Positions 27,612-36,448 of a DNA stretch of 56,816 nucleotides are shown here, one piece after another. Made by a program: the position numbers and the translations under genes. The notes under the pieces are model-generated. The model worked only from the letters and a program-made list of their open reading frames with translations. It ran no database searches and was not told where the DNA came from. The DNA comes from Bacteroidota bacterium (lineage in GTDB: Bacteria > Bacteroidota > Bacteroidia > Palsa-948), in NCBI GenBank assembly GCA_023251675.1, contig JAHEYJ010000002.1, positions 1-56,816 of the forward strand, in the 5' to 3' direction. The number at the start of each line of letters is the position of its first letter. Positions within the stretch are counted from its first letter, which is position 1.

Positions 27612-28406
27612 ATGAAAAAATTATTTTTTACCCTGACACTGATGTTGGCAATAACATCATTGTCATTTGCATCATTTTCATTTACAATTTATAATAATAA
27701 TCAGGTTGCTTCTTGTACATATACTATTACTGCAATGACGGTTTCTGATAATAGCAGCCCTGTTCCGTGTGTTACTATGTGGGGAGGTCGTGGATGGAAA
27801 CAAGTATTAAATCCCGGTTCCACATATACTTTTACTGCGAACTGCAGCGGTTCTCCGGTTTGGAGTACCATTAGCGTAACTGTAATAGGGAGTTGCAACA
27901 CCTATTATTTTGGTAACTCGAATAATAATAGTGCAGGTATGTGCTGGAATTGTAATAATTCCGATTATTTTACTTGTTGGCAAGTCAATGGGAGTGGTGG
28001 GAGTTATGAAATCCGTCCAGATATTCTTGTAGGAGGCCGTCTTACAAGTGAGAATACAAAAAATAAAAAAGATAATGTAGTAAGTGAAATAGAGAGAACA
28101 ACTCATTTTGCAAGTAAAAATAATGCTGACGAAAATGCAAACAAAATAGTTTCATCTCTTGAAAACACACCAAACCCTACAGCTGATTTTGTTAACCTAA
28201 ACTATGAGCTAACAAACGATGCAGATATTTCGGTATCTATCTTTGATATTTCGGGCAAAGAGGTATTAACAATGAAACAAGGTATTCAGAAAGAAGGGCA
28301 ACACTCTTTGAAATTGGATGTTTCTTCTCTTGCAAGTGGTATGTACTCTTATTCATTTAAAGCAGGGGAAAGCATACTTACGAGAAAATTCATCATTGCA
28401 AAATAA
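27612..28406 (+). CDS. small Cys-rich T9SS type-A CTD secreted protein (cargo 3)
   Basis: Signal peptide present. The N-domain is about 120 aa with 8 Cys and no family was recognised. The C-terminus has TPNPTADFVNLNY...MYSYSFKAG...KFIIAK. Confidence 0.7.
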   Translation: MKKLFFTLTLMLAITSLSFASFSFTIYNNNQVASCTYTITAMTVSDNSSPVPCVTMWGGRGWKQVLNPGSTYTFTANCSGSPVWSTISVTVIGSCNTYYFGNSNNNSAGMCWNCNNSDYFTCWQVNGSGGSYEIRPDILVGGRLTSENTKNKKDNVVSEIERTTHFASKNNADENANKIVSSLENTPNPTADFVNLNYELTNDADISVSIFDISGKEVLTMKQGIQKEGQHSLKLDVSSLASGMYSYSFKAGESILTRKFIIAK

Positions 28407-28425
28407 GACTTTAAATTTCTTTTTA

Positions 28426-28457
28426 AAAACCCTCTCCGTTTTCGGAGGGGGTTTTTG
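28426..28457 (+). terminator. rho-independent terminator of the CCTCTCC/GGAGAGG family
   Basis: aaaaaccctctccg-tttt-cggagggggttttt. Confidence 0.8.
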
Positions 28458-28544
28458 TTTTTATTCTTCCCTTCTGCAAATAAAATAGTTTATATTTGCA
28501 CAACTTTTTAATAAACCAATCAACATTAATTTTTAATCAAAAAA

Positions 28545-29615
28545 ATGAAAAATTTTTACATTTTATTTGTAGGTATTAGTGTTCTTTTTTCTGCAAATGG
28601 TTTTGCCCAGAAAAGAATCGCTAAAGTCAGCGTAACGAAAGTTTCCTCTTTTCAATCCGCTGAAAGAAATCAATCGCCGGTACATCCGATGAACACTAAC
28701 GATACGATCACTGCCCATTGGGATGTGATCTATCCGATGCCATCTGTAGATACGGCAGTCACATACAGTGATTTAGGAGGAGGTTTTGTTGCGGGGCAAG
28801 ATTCCTATCTTGATAAAGCAAAGGCGCAAAAATTCGATGCAACATATGGTGTTACAAGTTCAAATGGTTCTATTACAAACTTACTTATGTGGGTCGGCGC
28901 AAAAATTCAGGCAACAACCCCGGGCAATGCATCATGGGTTCCTACAATTTGGGCGGATAACGCCGGCAAACCGGGAACAGTACTTGGAACTTCTACTGCA
29001 ATTACAGTTGCGCAGATGGATACATCTTCTGCCGCTCTTCAACTGATAGGACCTATCACTGCTTTGAAAGGAGCATATAATTTGAATGCCGCGTTCAGTC
29101 CTGCCGTTGCAATTCCCGTCAATCAAATATTCTGGGCAGGATATACAATTACGTATGACTCCGGAGATTCAGCCGGTTTGGTTTCATCCACCAATGGAAA
29201 CTTCCCTGATGCGGTCACACACACCTTTGAACAATGGAGCGATAATAGCTGGAACTCTTTTAATGATGGAACCACCAATAGCTGGCAATCAGATGTAGCA
29301 CTCGCCGTATATCCCGTAGTTAGTATTGCTACCCATATCGAGGAAAGCAATAGTTCTATTGCATCTGTTAAAAATGTACCCAATCCCGCAAACGATAATA
29401 CGATTATTTATTATTTGCTGAAAGAAAGCTCAAATGTTGAATTGTCATTGTTTGATGTAACAGGGAAAAAATTAATGTCCACCAATGAAGGGCTGCAAGC
29501 CTCAGGAAATCACAAAATCAAACTGGATGTTTCTTCTCTTTTATCCGGGGTTTATTTTTATACAATTTCTGCAGGGGATTTTAAAATGACAAGCAAAATG
29601 AGCGTAGTAAAGTAA
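28545..29615 (+). CDS. T9SS type-A CTD secreted protein (cargo 4)
   Basis: A TATATTTG box lies at 28491-28498. Signal peptide present. The CTD, VPNPANDNTIIYY...VYFYTISAGDFKMTSKMSVVK, is very close to that of cargo 2. Confidence 0.8.
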   Translation: MKNFYILFVGISVLFSANGFAQKRIAKVSVTKVSSFQSAERNQSPVHPMNTNDTITAHWDVIYPMPSVDTAVTYSDLGGGFVAGQDSYLDKAKAQKFDATYGVTSSNGSITNLLMWVGAKIQATTPGNASWVPTIWADNAGKPGTVLGTSTAITVAQMDTSSAALQLIGPITALKGAYNLNAAFSPAVAIPVNQIFWAGYTITYDSGDSAGLVSSTNGNFPDAVTHTFEQWSDNSWNSFNDGTTNSWQSDVALAVYPVVSIATHIEESNSSIASVKNVPNPANDNTIIYYLLKESSNVELSLFDVTGKKLMSTNEGLQASGNHKIKLDVSSLLSGVYFYTISAGDFKMTSKMSVVK

Positions 29616-29632
29616 GATTGCATTGTTTTAGC

Positions 29633-29664
29633 AAAAAGCCGAATTCAATTGAATTCGGCTTTTT
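29633..29664 (+). terminator. rho-independent terminator
   Basis: aaaaagccgaattc-aatt-gaattcggcttttt, a near-perfect palindrome. Confidence 0.85.
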
Positions 29665-30024
29665 CTTTTTTAAGAATCTGATTTTTTCAAATGCAAATTG
29701 TATTGAAGTAAATACGGCGGACGAAAGAATCTTTTAAAAGGTTGCATTGCTTTTAATTGCCATAAAGAGGTCTCTTAAAATATTCGCAGGCAATTTGCGT
29801 TAGAGTTGTATTCCCTTGATTTTTATTTAAACTTTGTTTTTTAAATGTATTTTAACCCAATAGTTAAAATTTCAATAAAAATCAATACTCAATAATTAAA
29901 TAGAAATAATTATTTGCCCAGAATTTGTAAAAGACTTACCTTAGCGTCCTGATTATTAGGGAAAGACTCTTTACAGATTATTTATTAACAAAAACTAATC
30001 GTAATTAACAATATTGTTTTAACT

Positions 30025-30972
30025 ATGAGAAAATATTTACTTTCAATTGTATTATCCCTTTCTGCACTATTTTCATTTGCTCAGCAGGACCCCCAATTCA
30101 GTCAAAACATGTTTGTTAAACTTCCGATCAATCCGGGTTATGCCGGAACCAGCGGAGCTATTTGTGCAACAGCGATTTATCGTAACCAATGGGTGAGTTT
30201 TCCCGGTTCTCCTAAAACTATATTATTTACAATCGATGCTCCTGTTCAGGCTTTACATGGCGGTGCCGGTCTTACGATTGTAAACGATAAGCTTGGGAAC
30301 TTTAATTTTATGCATGTGCGTGGTGCTTATTCATTTCATAAACCTCTTGGTCAAACCGGTTTGCTGGGTATTGGACTTGAGGCCGGAATACTTCAGGCAT
30401 CTGTTCAGGATAAGTGGTTAGCTCCGGACGGAACAGACGGCACAGCAGACCAGGCGATTCCAAATGAAGCCATAAGTAAATTAACGTATGATATTGGGCT
30501 GGGTGCTTACTACAGAACGCAACAGCTGTATGTTGGTCTTTCCGCTTCTCACTTACCCGGTAAGGCTGAAAAACTAACAGCTACCGAATTTAATTATCAG
30601 GCAGCGAGACATTATTATGTAATTGCTGGCTACGATTTTTTCTTAACAAGTACGTTAACACTTCGCCCATCTGTTCATGTGAAAAGCGATGCGGCTGTTA
30701 CAACATTTGATGGAAATATTAATCTCTTGTGGAACAACATGATCTGGGGCGGTGTTTCTTATCGTTTGCAGGATGCACTTGTTCCGCACATCGGATTTGC
30801 ATGGTCACCTAATCAGAAATCAACGTTGAAGATCGGATATGCATATGATCTTGGGCTGTCAGGATTAAAATCGTATCATAAGAATACGCATGAAATCATG
30901 GTAAATTATTGCATCAAGTTTGTACCTAAGGTAAAAGTCCAAAGCCACATAAACCCAAGATTTTTAAGATAA
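30025..30972 (+). CDS. porP: PorP/SprF family T9SS membrane protein
   Basis: The QQDPQFSQNMFVKLPINPGYAG N-terminal signature is present. Its position immediately upstream of gldK matches the porP-porKLMN arrangement. Confidence 0.85.
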   Translation: MRKYLLSIVLSLSALFSFAQQDPQFSQNMFVKLPINPGYAGTSGAICATAIYRNQWVSFPGSPKTILFTIDAPVQALHGGAGLTIVNDKLGNFNFMHVRGAYSFHKPLGQTGLLGIGLEAGILQASVQDKWLAPDGTDGTADQAIPNEAISKLTYDIGLGAYYRTQQLYVGLSASHLPGKAEKLTATEFNYQAARHYYVIAGYDFFLTSTLTLRPSVHVKSDAAVTTFDGNINLLWNNMIWGGVSYRLQDALVPHIGFAWSPNQKSTLKIGYAYDLGLSGLKSYHKNTHEIMVNYCIKFVPKVKVQSHINPRFLR

Positions 30973-31135
30973 TCTTTTTTATGGAATTTATTTCGGAATT
31001 GTTAATTTATAAACAGTTCATAAAGTAAGTGTCGGTTGTTTGTAACAAATCAAATAATAAAACTGATTAAAATAATGTTTCATCTGTTCCGTTTGTAAAT
31101 AAGAAAACGGCAAGATGATACAAAAATCAATATCT

Positions 31136-32614
31136 ATGAAAAAATTACTTTTCTTCGGATTGTTGGTGTTGCTTCTTAGCGCATGCAACGGGGGCGACCA
31201 CGGGGAACTGGTGGGCGTACAGGGCAGAGACCCATGGTTTCAACCGGATCCGTATGGAACACTTTATTGTCCTATGGGAAGTTTCAACCAGGGTCAAAGT
31301 GATCAGGATATCCCTTATAACTTTACGCAAAAGGCAAGAACGGTTTCTGTGCAAGCCTATTATATGGACCAAACAGAGATCTCAAACAATGAATACCGCC
31401 AGTTTGTTTATTGGGTTCGCGACTCCATTGCACGTGAGTTACTTGGAGCTGTTGATGAAGAAAAATGGAGAAATAAATTAGATCAATTCGGCGTTGAAAG
31501 AGAAGCCGCATATGAAGACAAAGGATATGATTTGATCTGGAATGAAAGACTTGAATATGACAACAAAGACGAAGAAGTACGCAATACATTAAATGATATG
31601 TATCTGCCGGTTAAAGAAAGATTTTATACCAAAAAGGAATTTGATACACGAAAATTTAACTTTCTATATTATCGTATAGATCTTAAAAAAGCGGCAAAGA
31701 AAACAAATCGTTTTCAACACAACTCTACTGCTGATGCCAATGATCCGACAAAAAGTTTTATTGACGGAGTGGGACACTCTGTTGGAGAAGTGGATACAAC
31801 AAAAGAAGGACTTGGTTATTATCTAATTGAAAACAAAGGGCCTAAAAAAGACCGCAGTGTATTTATTGTGAAGGATGTGATCAATGTATATCCTGATACA
31901 CTTGCCTGGGTACACGACTTTACGTATTCATTCAATGAACCAATGACCAATAATTATTTTTGGCATCCTGCATATGATGATTATCCTGTTGTGGGTGTGA
32001 ACTGGAAACAATGCCGCGCATTCTGCGTTTGGCGCACACAATATCTTAACAGTTATTTTACAGGCATCGGGCATTCCATTGTGAATGATTTTCGTTTACC
32101 TACTGAAACAGAATGGGAGTATTCTGCACGTGGCGGACTGGATCTGAGCCCATACCCTTGGGGCGGACCTTACATCAGAAACGCCCGCGGATGTTTCCTT
32201 GGCAATTTCAAACCAATGAGAGGGAACTATCTTCCCGACGGAGGATTTCATACTGTACATATATTTTCCTATTCTCCTAATGAATGGGGATTTTACAACA
32301 TGGCAGGAAATGCTGCGGAGTGGACCAGCAATGCATTTGAAGAGGCAGGGTACGATTTTGAACACGATCTCAACCCCGATTATACATACGAGCCTACAGA
32401 TGATGAAAAATACCAGTCTGTACGTCAGAGAAAAGTAATTCGTGGCGGTTCATGGAAAGATGTGGGGTTTTATCTTCAGAACAGCACAAGATCTTATGAG
32501 TACCAGGATACAGCAAAATGTTATATCGGTTTCCGTTGCGTGATGACGTATCTTGGAAGAGCAAGAGGAGATGATCCTACAGGACAGGAAGGTTCAAGGT
32601 TAGGTGTTAAATAA
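31136..32614 (+). CDS. gldK: gliding motility / T9SS lipoprotein GldK (PorK)
   Basis: Lipobox LLSAC plus an FGE-sulfatase/SUMF1-like domain (RLPTETEWEYSARGG, RGGSWKD). Alternative start at 31115. Confidence 0.9.
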   Translation: MKKLLFFGLLVLLLSACNGGDHGELVGVQGRDPWFQPDPYGTLYCPMGSFNQGQSDQDIPYNFTQKARTVSVQAYYMDQTEISNNEYRQFVYWVRDSIARELLGAVDEEKWRNKLDQFGVEREAAYEDKGYDLIWNERLEYDNKDEEVRNTLNDMYLPVKERFYTKKEFDTRKFNFLYYRIDLKKAAKKTNRFQHNSTADANDPTKSFIDGVGHSVGEVDTTKEGLGYYLIENKGPKKDRSVFIVKDVINVYPDTLAWVHDFTYSFNEPMTNNYFWHPAYDDYPVVGVNWKQCRAFCVWRTQYLNSYFTGIGHSIVNDFRLPTETEWEYSARGGLDLSPYPWGGPYIRNARGCFLGNFKPMRGNYLPDGGFHTVHIFSYSPNEWGFYNMAGNAAEWTSNAFEEAGYDFEHDLNPDYTYEPTDDEKYQSVRQRKVIRGGSWKDVGFYLQNSTRSYEYQDTAKCYIGFRCVMTYLGRARGDDPTGQEGSRLGVK

Positions 32615-32666
32615 AGAATAAGAATAGAACAATTCAATAATAAACAACAATCTAAATCACAATCTT

Positions 32667-33701
32667 ATGAGCAAGTTCGGTGAATTCATGGAATCCAAAT
32701 TTGGAAAAACAATTATGAACTACGTTTATAGCTGGGGAGCTTCTGTCGTTATTGCGGGCGCTCTTTTTAAGATTCTACACTGGCCAGGCGCAAACATCAT
32801 GCTTATCGTAGGAATGGGAACTGAAGCACTGGTGTTTTTTGTTTTTGGTATCGACCCTACCCAGGTACATATGGATCTTGATTGGTCGTTGGTTTACCCT
32901 GAATTAAAATTCGGAGCCGAAGAAGAAAAAGAAAAGAAAGGAGATAAGAAATCGCTTACCGAACAATTGGATAATTTGCTTGAGGAAGCAAAGATCGGCC
33001 CTGAACTTATGGAAAGTTTGGGTTCCGGATTGAAAAACTTAAGCGACAACACTGCAAAAATGAATACCCTTGCCGATGCAAGTGTTGCAACCAATGAGTT
33101 CACTGACAATATGAAAAATGCATCTAAAAAAATCACTACTCTTTCAGATGCATACGATAAAGCATCGGGCTCCATCAGCGGGTCCATCAGTGATCTTGAA
33201 AAGGCATCCAGCAAAACTTCGCAGGCGCTTGAGCTTATTACCAACTCAACGCAGCAGCAGGCCGGTTCTTACAGTGAGCAGCTTCAGAAGGTATCAAAGA
33301 ACCTGGGTTCACTGAACAGCGCATATGAACTTCAGCTTCAGAATTCAAAAGAGAACATCAGTTCTGCTCAAAAAGCAAACGAAGGAATAAACAAACTTGT
33401 TTCTACGCTTGAAGCCTCTATGCAATCTTCTCAGAAAGATGCAGTAGCTTATGGAGAACATCTCAAGAAAACTTCAGGCAATATCCAGTCTTTAAATTCA
33501 GCTTACGAATTGCAGATACAGAATATCAGCAGTGCGAACAAATCGTATCAGAATTTCGAAAAAGCAATGGCAAGCCTTGGAGAAACAGTAGGAGATGCTC
33601 AGAAATTTAAAACACAAATAGCAGCGTTGTCGGAAAACCTGGCATCATTGAACACGGTTTATGGAAACATGTTAACTGCAATGAGCATCACCAGAAAATA
33701 A
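32667..33701 (+). CDS. gldL: gliding motility / T9SS protein GldL (PorL)
   Basis: Two N-terminal TM helices (WGASVVIAGALFKILHWPGANIMLIVGMGTEALVFFVFG) followed by a coiled-coil tail. Confidence 0.9.
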   Translation: MSKFGEFMESKFGKTIMNYVYSWGASVVIAGALFKILHWPGANIMLIVGMGTEALVFFVFGIDPTQVHMDLDWSLVYPELKFGAEEEKEKKGDKKSLTEQLDNLLEEAKIGPELMESLGSGLKNLSDNTAKMNTLADASVATNEFTDNMKNASKKITTLSDAYDKASGSISGSISDLEKASSKTSQALELITNSTQQQAGSYSEQLQKVSKNLGSLNSAYELQLQNSKENISSAQKANEGINKLVSTLEASMQSSQKDAVAYGEHLKKTSGNIQSLNSAYELQIQNISSANKSYQNFEKAMASLGETVGDAQKFKTQIAALSENLASLNTVYGNMLTAMSITRK

Positions 33702-33744
33702 AGAATTATAACCAGATACTTTAACTCTCTAATCTTTATACTAT

Positions 33745-35394
33745 ATGGCAGGAGGAGGCACACCCAGACAGAAAATGATCAACCTGATGTACCTTGTACT
33801 TCTGGCTCTGCTGGCGATGAACGTATCCAAAGAGATTCTTAATTCCTTTGCAATCATCAACAACGGTTTAGTGAAAACCAATGAAAGTTTTGCTGCCAAA
33901 AACGAAATCACCTATAATGCTTTCGACCTGGCTTTGTTGAATGACCCTGTAAAAGTAAGACCTTACTATGACAGGGCGCAAGCGGTTAAAAAACGCTCTC
34001 AGGAAATGTTCGACTACATTGAAAAAGTAAAAGGGGACCTTATTCTCGAGGTTGAAAAAAAAGAAAGTGTTGAAATAGAAGGCCGAAACGGACAGGATAG
34101 CACGGTTAAACTGATATCCAATGTAATGTTCATGGAAGCTAAAGATGATGCCAACACGCCTACGTTGTTTTTTATGGGAGATGCAGACCTGGAAGCAAAA
34201 CCCGGAACAAAAGCATTCGAATTCAAAGAAAAGATAAAAAAATTGAAAGAAGACCTCATGACGTATGTTGATCCAAAGGACAGGGAAAATATCCGTTTGG
34301 GACTCGATATCGGTAATATGTATTCACCGCACGAGGGCAGAGAAATCACATGGGAAACAAATACTTTTTACCATAACCCGGCAATCGCGGTTATTGCTCT
34401 TCTTACCAAAATGCAGAATGACTGCAAGAATTCAGAAGCGGATATCATTAATTCTCTTTACAAAAGAATTGACGTCGCCTCTTTTAAATTTGATACACTT
34501 TCTGCTCGTGTTGTTGCGAATACCAATTACGTCCTGTTAGGAGAAGAATACAGAGCGGAGATATTTATGGCTGCTTTCAGCACCACCTCCAATCCGTCAG
34601 TTTGGCTTGGAAATGTTGACAGCGTGAACAATAAAATTATTGGCGCTATAGATTCTACTTCTATTAAAGTATCAAAAGGAATTGGCGTATATACCATTTC
34701 TCCTTCTGCTGAAGGAACTGTTCAGTACGGAGGTTTAATTCGCATGAAAGATCCTGCTGATCCTACAGTGATTCACTCGTATCCTTTTAAATCAGAATTT
34801 AAAGCAGCGCGGCCCGCCATTGTAGTTTCTCCTGATAAAATGAATGTATTCTATATTGGCCTTGATAATCCCGTTTCCATTTCTGTTCCCGGTATTGCTG
34901 CTGAAGACCTGCAGCCATCCGTTGGCGGTGGAAGCATCAGCGGGTCTCGCGGTAAATATAATGTTCGTGTAAGTAATACAGCAAAAGAAGCGGTTGTAAA
35001 CGTTTCTGCAAGAACAAGAAATGGCACTAAATCCATGGGTCCCGGTGTAAAATTCCGTATTAAACCAGTACCCAATCCTATTGCTACAGTTTATGGAAAA
35101 CGCGGAACAGATGTTATTAAACAGGGAGAGTTACAATTTATTAAAGGAGTTGTACCTATGCTTGACAATTTCGAGTTTGATCTTAAATTTCCTGTAGTTT
35201 CTTTTGACGTTTCGATGAACGTAAACGGTCTGGAAGTCACTGAATCAACAAACGGTCCTTCACTAAGTGAAAAACAACAAGCATTAATTAAAAGGGCAAA
35301 AAGAGGAAACAAAGTTTATATTGAAAAAGTTAGAGTAACTAAGCCCGGAGGTACTATTGTCGATATTGGTAGTGTCAACTTGAAAGTCATATAA
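33745..35394 (+). CDS. gldM: gliding motility / T9SS protein GldM (PorM)
   Basis: PRQKMINLMYLVLLALLAMNVSKEILNSF is the typical GldM N-terminus. Confidence 0.9.
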   Translation: MAGGGTPRQKMINLMYLVLLALLAMNVSKEILNSFAIINNGLVKTNESFAAKNEITYNAFDLALLNDPVKVRPYYDRAQAVKKRSQEMFDYIEKVKGDLILEVEKKESVEIEGRNGQDSTVKLISNVMFMEAKDDANTPTLFFMGDADLEAKPGTKAFEFKEKIKKLKEDLMTYVDPKDRENIRLGLDIGNMYSPHEGREITWETNTFYHNPAIAVIALLTKMQNDCKNSEADIINSLYKRIDVASFKFDTLSARVVANTNYVLLGEEYRAEIFMAAFSTTSNPSVWLGNVDSVNNKIIGAIDSTSIKVSKGIGVYTISPSAEGTVQYGGLIRMKDPADPTVIHSYPFKSEFKAARPAIVVSPDKMNVFYIGLDNPVSISVPGIAAEDLQPSVGGGSISGSRGKYNVRVSNTAKEAVVNVSARTRNGTKSMGPGVKFRIKPVPNPIATVYGKRGTDVIKQGELQFIKGVVPMLDNFEFDLKFPVVSFDVSMNVNGLEVTESTNGPSLSEKQQALIKRAKRGNKVYIEKVRVTKPGGTIVDIGSVNLKVI

Positions 35395-35420
35395 TTAAGA
35401 TATCTATAAAACAAAATACT

Positions 35421-36398
35421 ATGAAAAGATTATCAAAATCAGCATTTCTGTTTAATGCAGTCTTGTTTTTTGTAATCGCGTTCACAGCTGTGTCCATCGC
35501 GCAGGGGCCTCCCAACCAAGGGGGAAACCCTCCTCCCGCTCCTACAAGTTCGGTTACTTCTACTTCACCTTTTGGCGCGCATGGAGGTATTCTTGAACCT
35601 CCGGGAGGTGGAGTTCTTGATGGTGTTTATATTCCCGAACATTTGACGTACAGAAAGCCCCTTCCTTACGTTTATGAACGCGAGGCAGACATCATGTGGT
35701 CAAAGAGAGTGTGGCGGGTAATCGACCTTCGTGAGAAAATGAATCACCCGTTGTATTATCCAACGGATGATTTAGCAAAAAGACCATCCTTATTCAAAGT
35801 ACTTCAGGATGGCATTTATTCTGGTAAAATAAATACTGTATTTACATTCGATCCGTTTACAATGGAGTTTGGGCCCGCATTGACGCTTCCGGAAATTGTT
35901 AAAACGATGACTGAACAGCTGGCGTTGAAAGATTCTATCGGTAATCCTCTAATGGATTCAGTTGGAAATCAGATCATGAAACCGGATACGCTTAGAGCGG
36001 ATAGGATTTCTCAGTATTATGTTAAGGAAGACTGGTTTTTTGAAAAACAGAGGTCTGTGATGGATGTCAGAATTATTTCCATTGCACCGGTCGTGGAGGT
36101 AAATGATCCTGTAAATGGAAAATATACTTACCATCCTCTTTTTTGGCTTTACTATCCTGCAATAAGAGATTATCTTTCACGATTTTACTGTTATAATCCA
36201 TATAACGATGCAGAATGGCGAACCTATGATGAAATATTTCATAAACGCATGTTCAGCAGTTATACTATGATGGAATCAAATGTATACAACAGGACAATTT
36301 CTGCTTACCTGCCGGGGCAAGGAATGGATCAAATGCTCGAATCAGAAAGAATTAAAGATGATATTTTCAAGTTCGAACATGACATGTGGCATTTCTAG
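35421..36398 (+). CDS. gldN: gliding motility / T9SS protein GldN (PorN)
   Basis: It is the fourth gene of the gldKLMN string. Signal peptide present, and WSKRVWRVIDLREKMN and EDWFFEKQRS are GldN-like. Confidence 0.85.
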   Translation: MKRLSKSAFLFNAVLFFVIAFTAVSIAQGPPNQGGNPPPAPTSSVTSTSPFGAHGGILEPPGGGVLDGVYIPEHLTYRKPLPYVYEREADIMWSKRVWRVIDLREKMNHPLYYPTDDLAKRPSLFKVLQDGIYSGKINTVFTFDPFTMEFGPALTLPEIVKTMTEQLALKDSIGNPLMDSVGNQIMKPDTLRADRISQYYVKEDWFFEKQRSVMDVRIISIAPVVEVNDPVNGKYTYHPLFWLYYPAIRDYLSRFYCYNPYNDAEWRTYDEIFHKRMFSSYTMMESNVYNRTISAYLPGQGMDQMLESERIKDDIFKFEHDMWHF

Positions 36399-36414
36399 TA
36401 AAAGAAATTATTTT

Positions 36415-36448
36415 AAAAAAGTCCAGGCAAAAATGTCTGGACTTTTTT
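36415..36448. terminator. bidirectional terminator between gldN and uvrC
   Basis: aaaaaagtccag-gcaaaaatgt-ctggactttttt. Confidence 0.75.

Noticed and set aside
29618-29755. A repeated TTGCATTG(Y)TTTTA motif (29618-29630 and 29742-29755) in the 409-bp region upstream of porP/sprF, as a possible regulator site for the T9SS operon.
   Set aside because: There are only two copies with a mismatch in very AT-rich sequence, and one copy sits between the cargo 4 stop and its terminator. The support is insufficient without comparative data.
25600-30000. Calling the cargo/XRE region a horizontally acquired low-GC island.
   Set aside because: Spot counts show low GC here (about 25-40 percent). The adjacent core gldKLMN operon is similarly low (about 38 percent). 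No integrase, tRNA or direct-repeat boundaries are visible. Composition alone does not support an island call.
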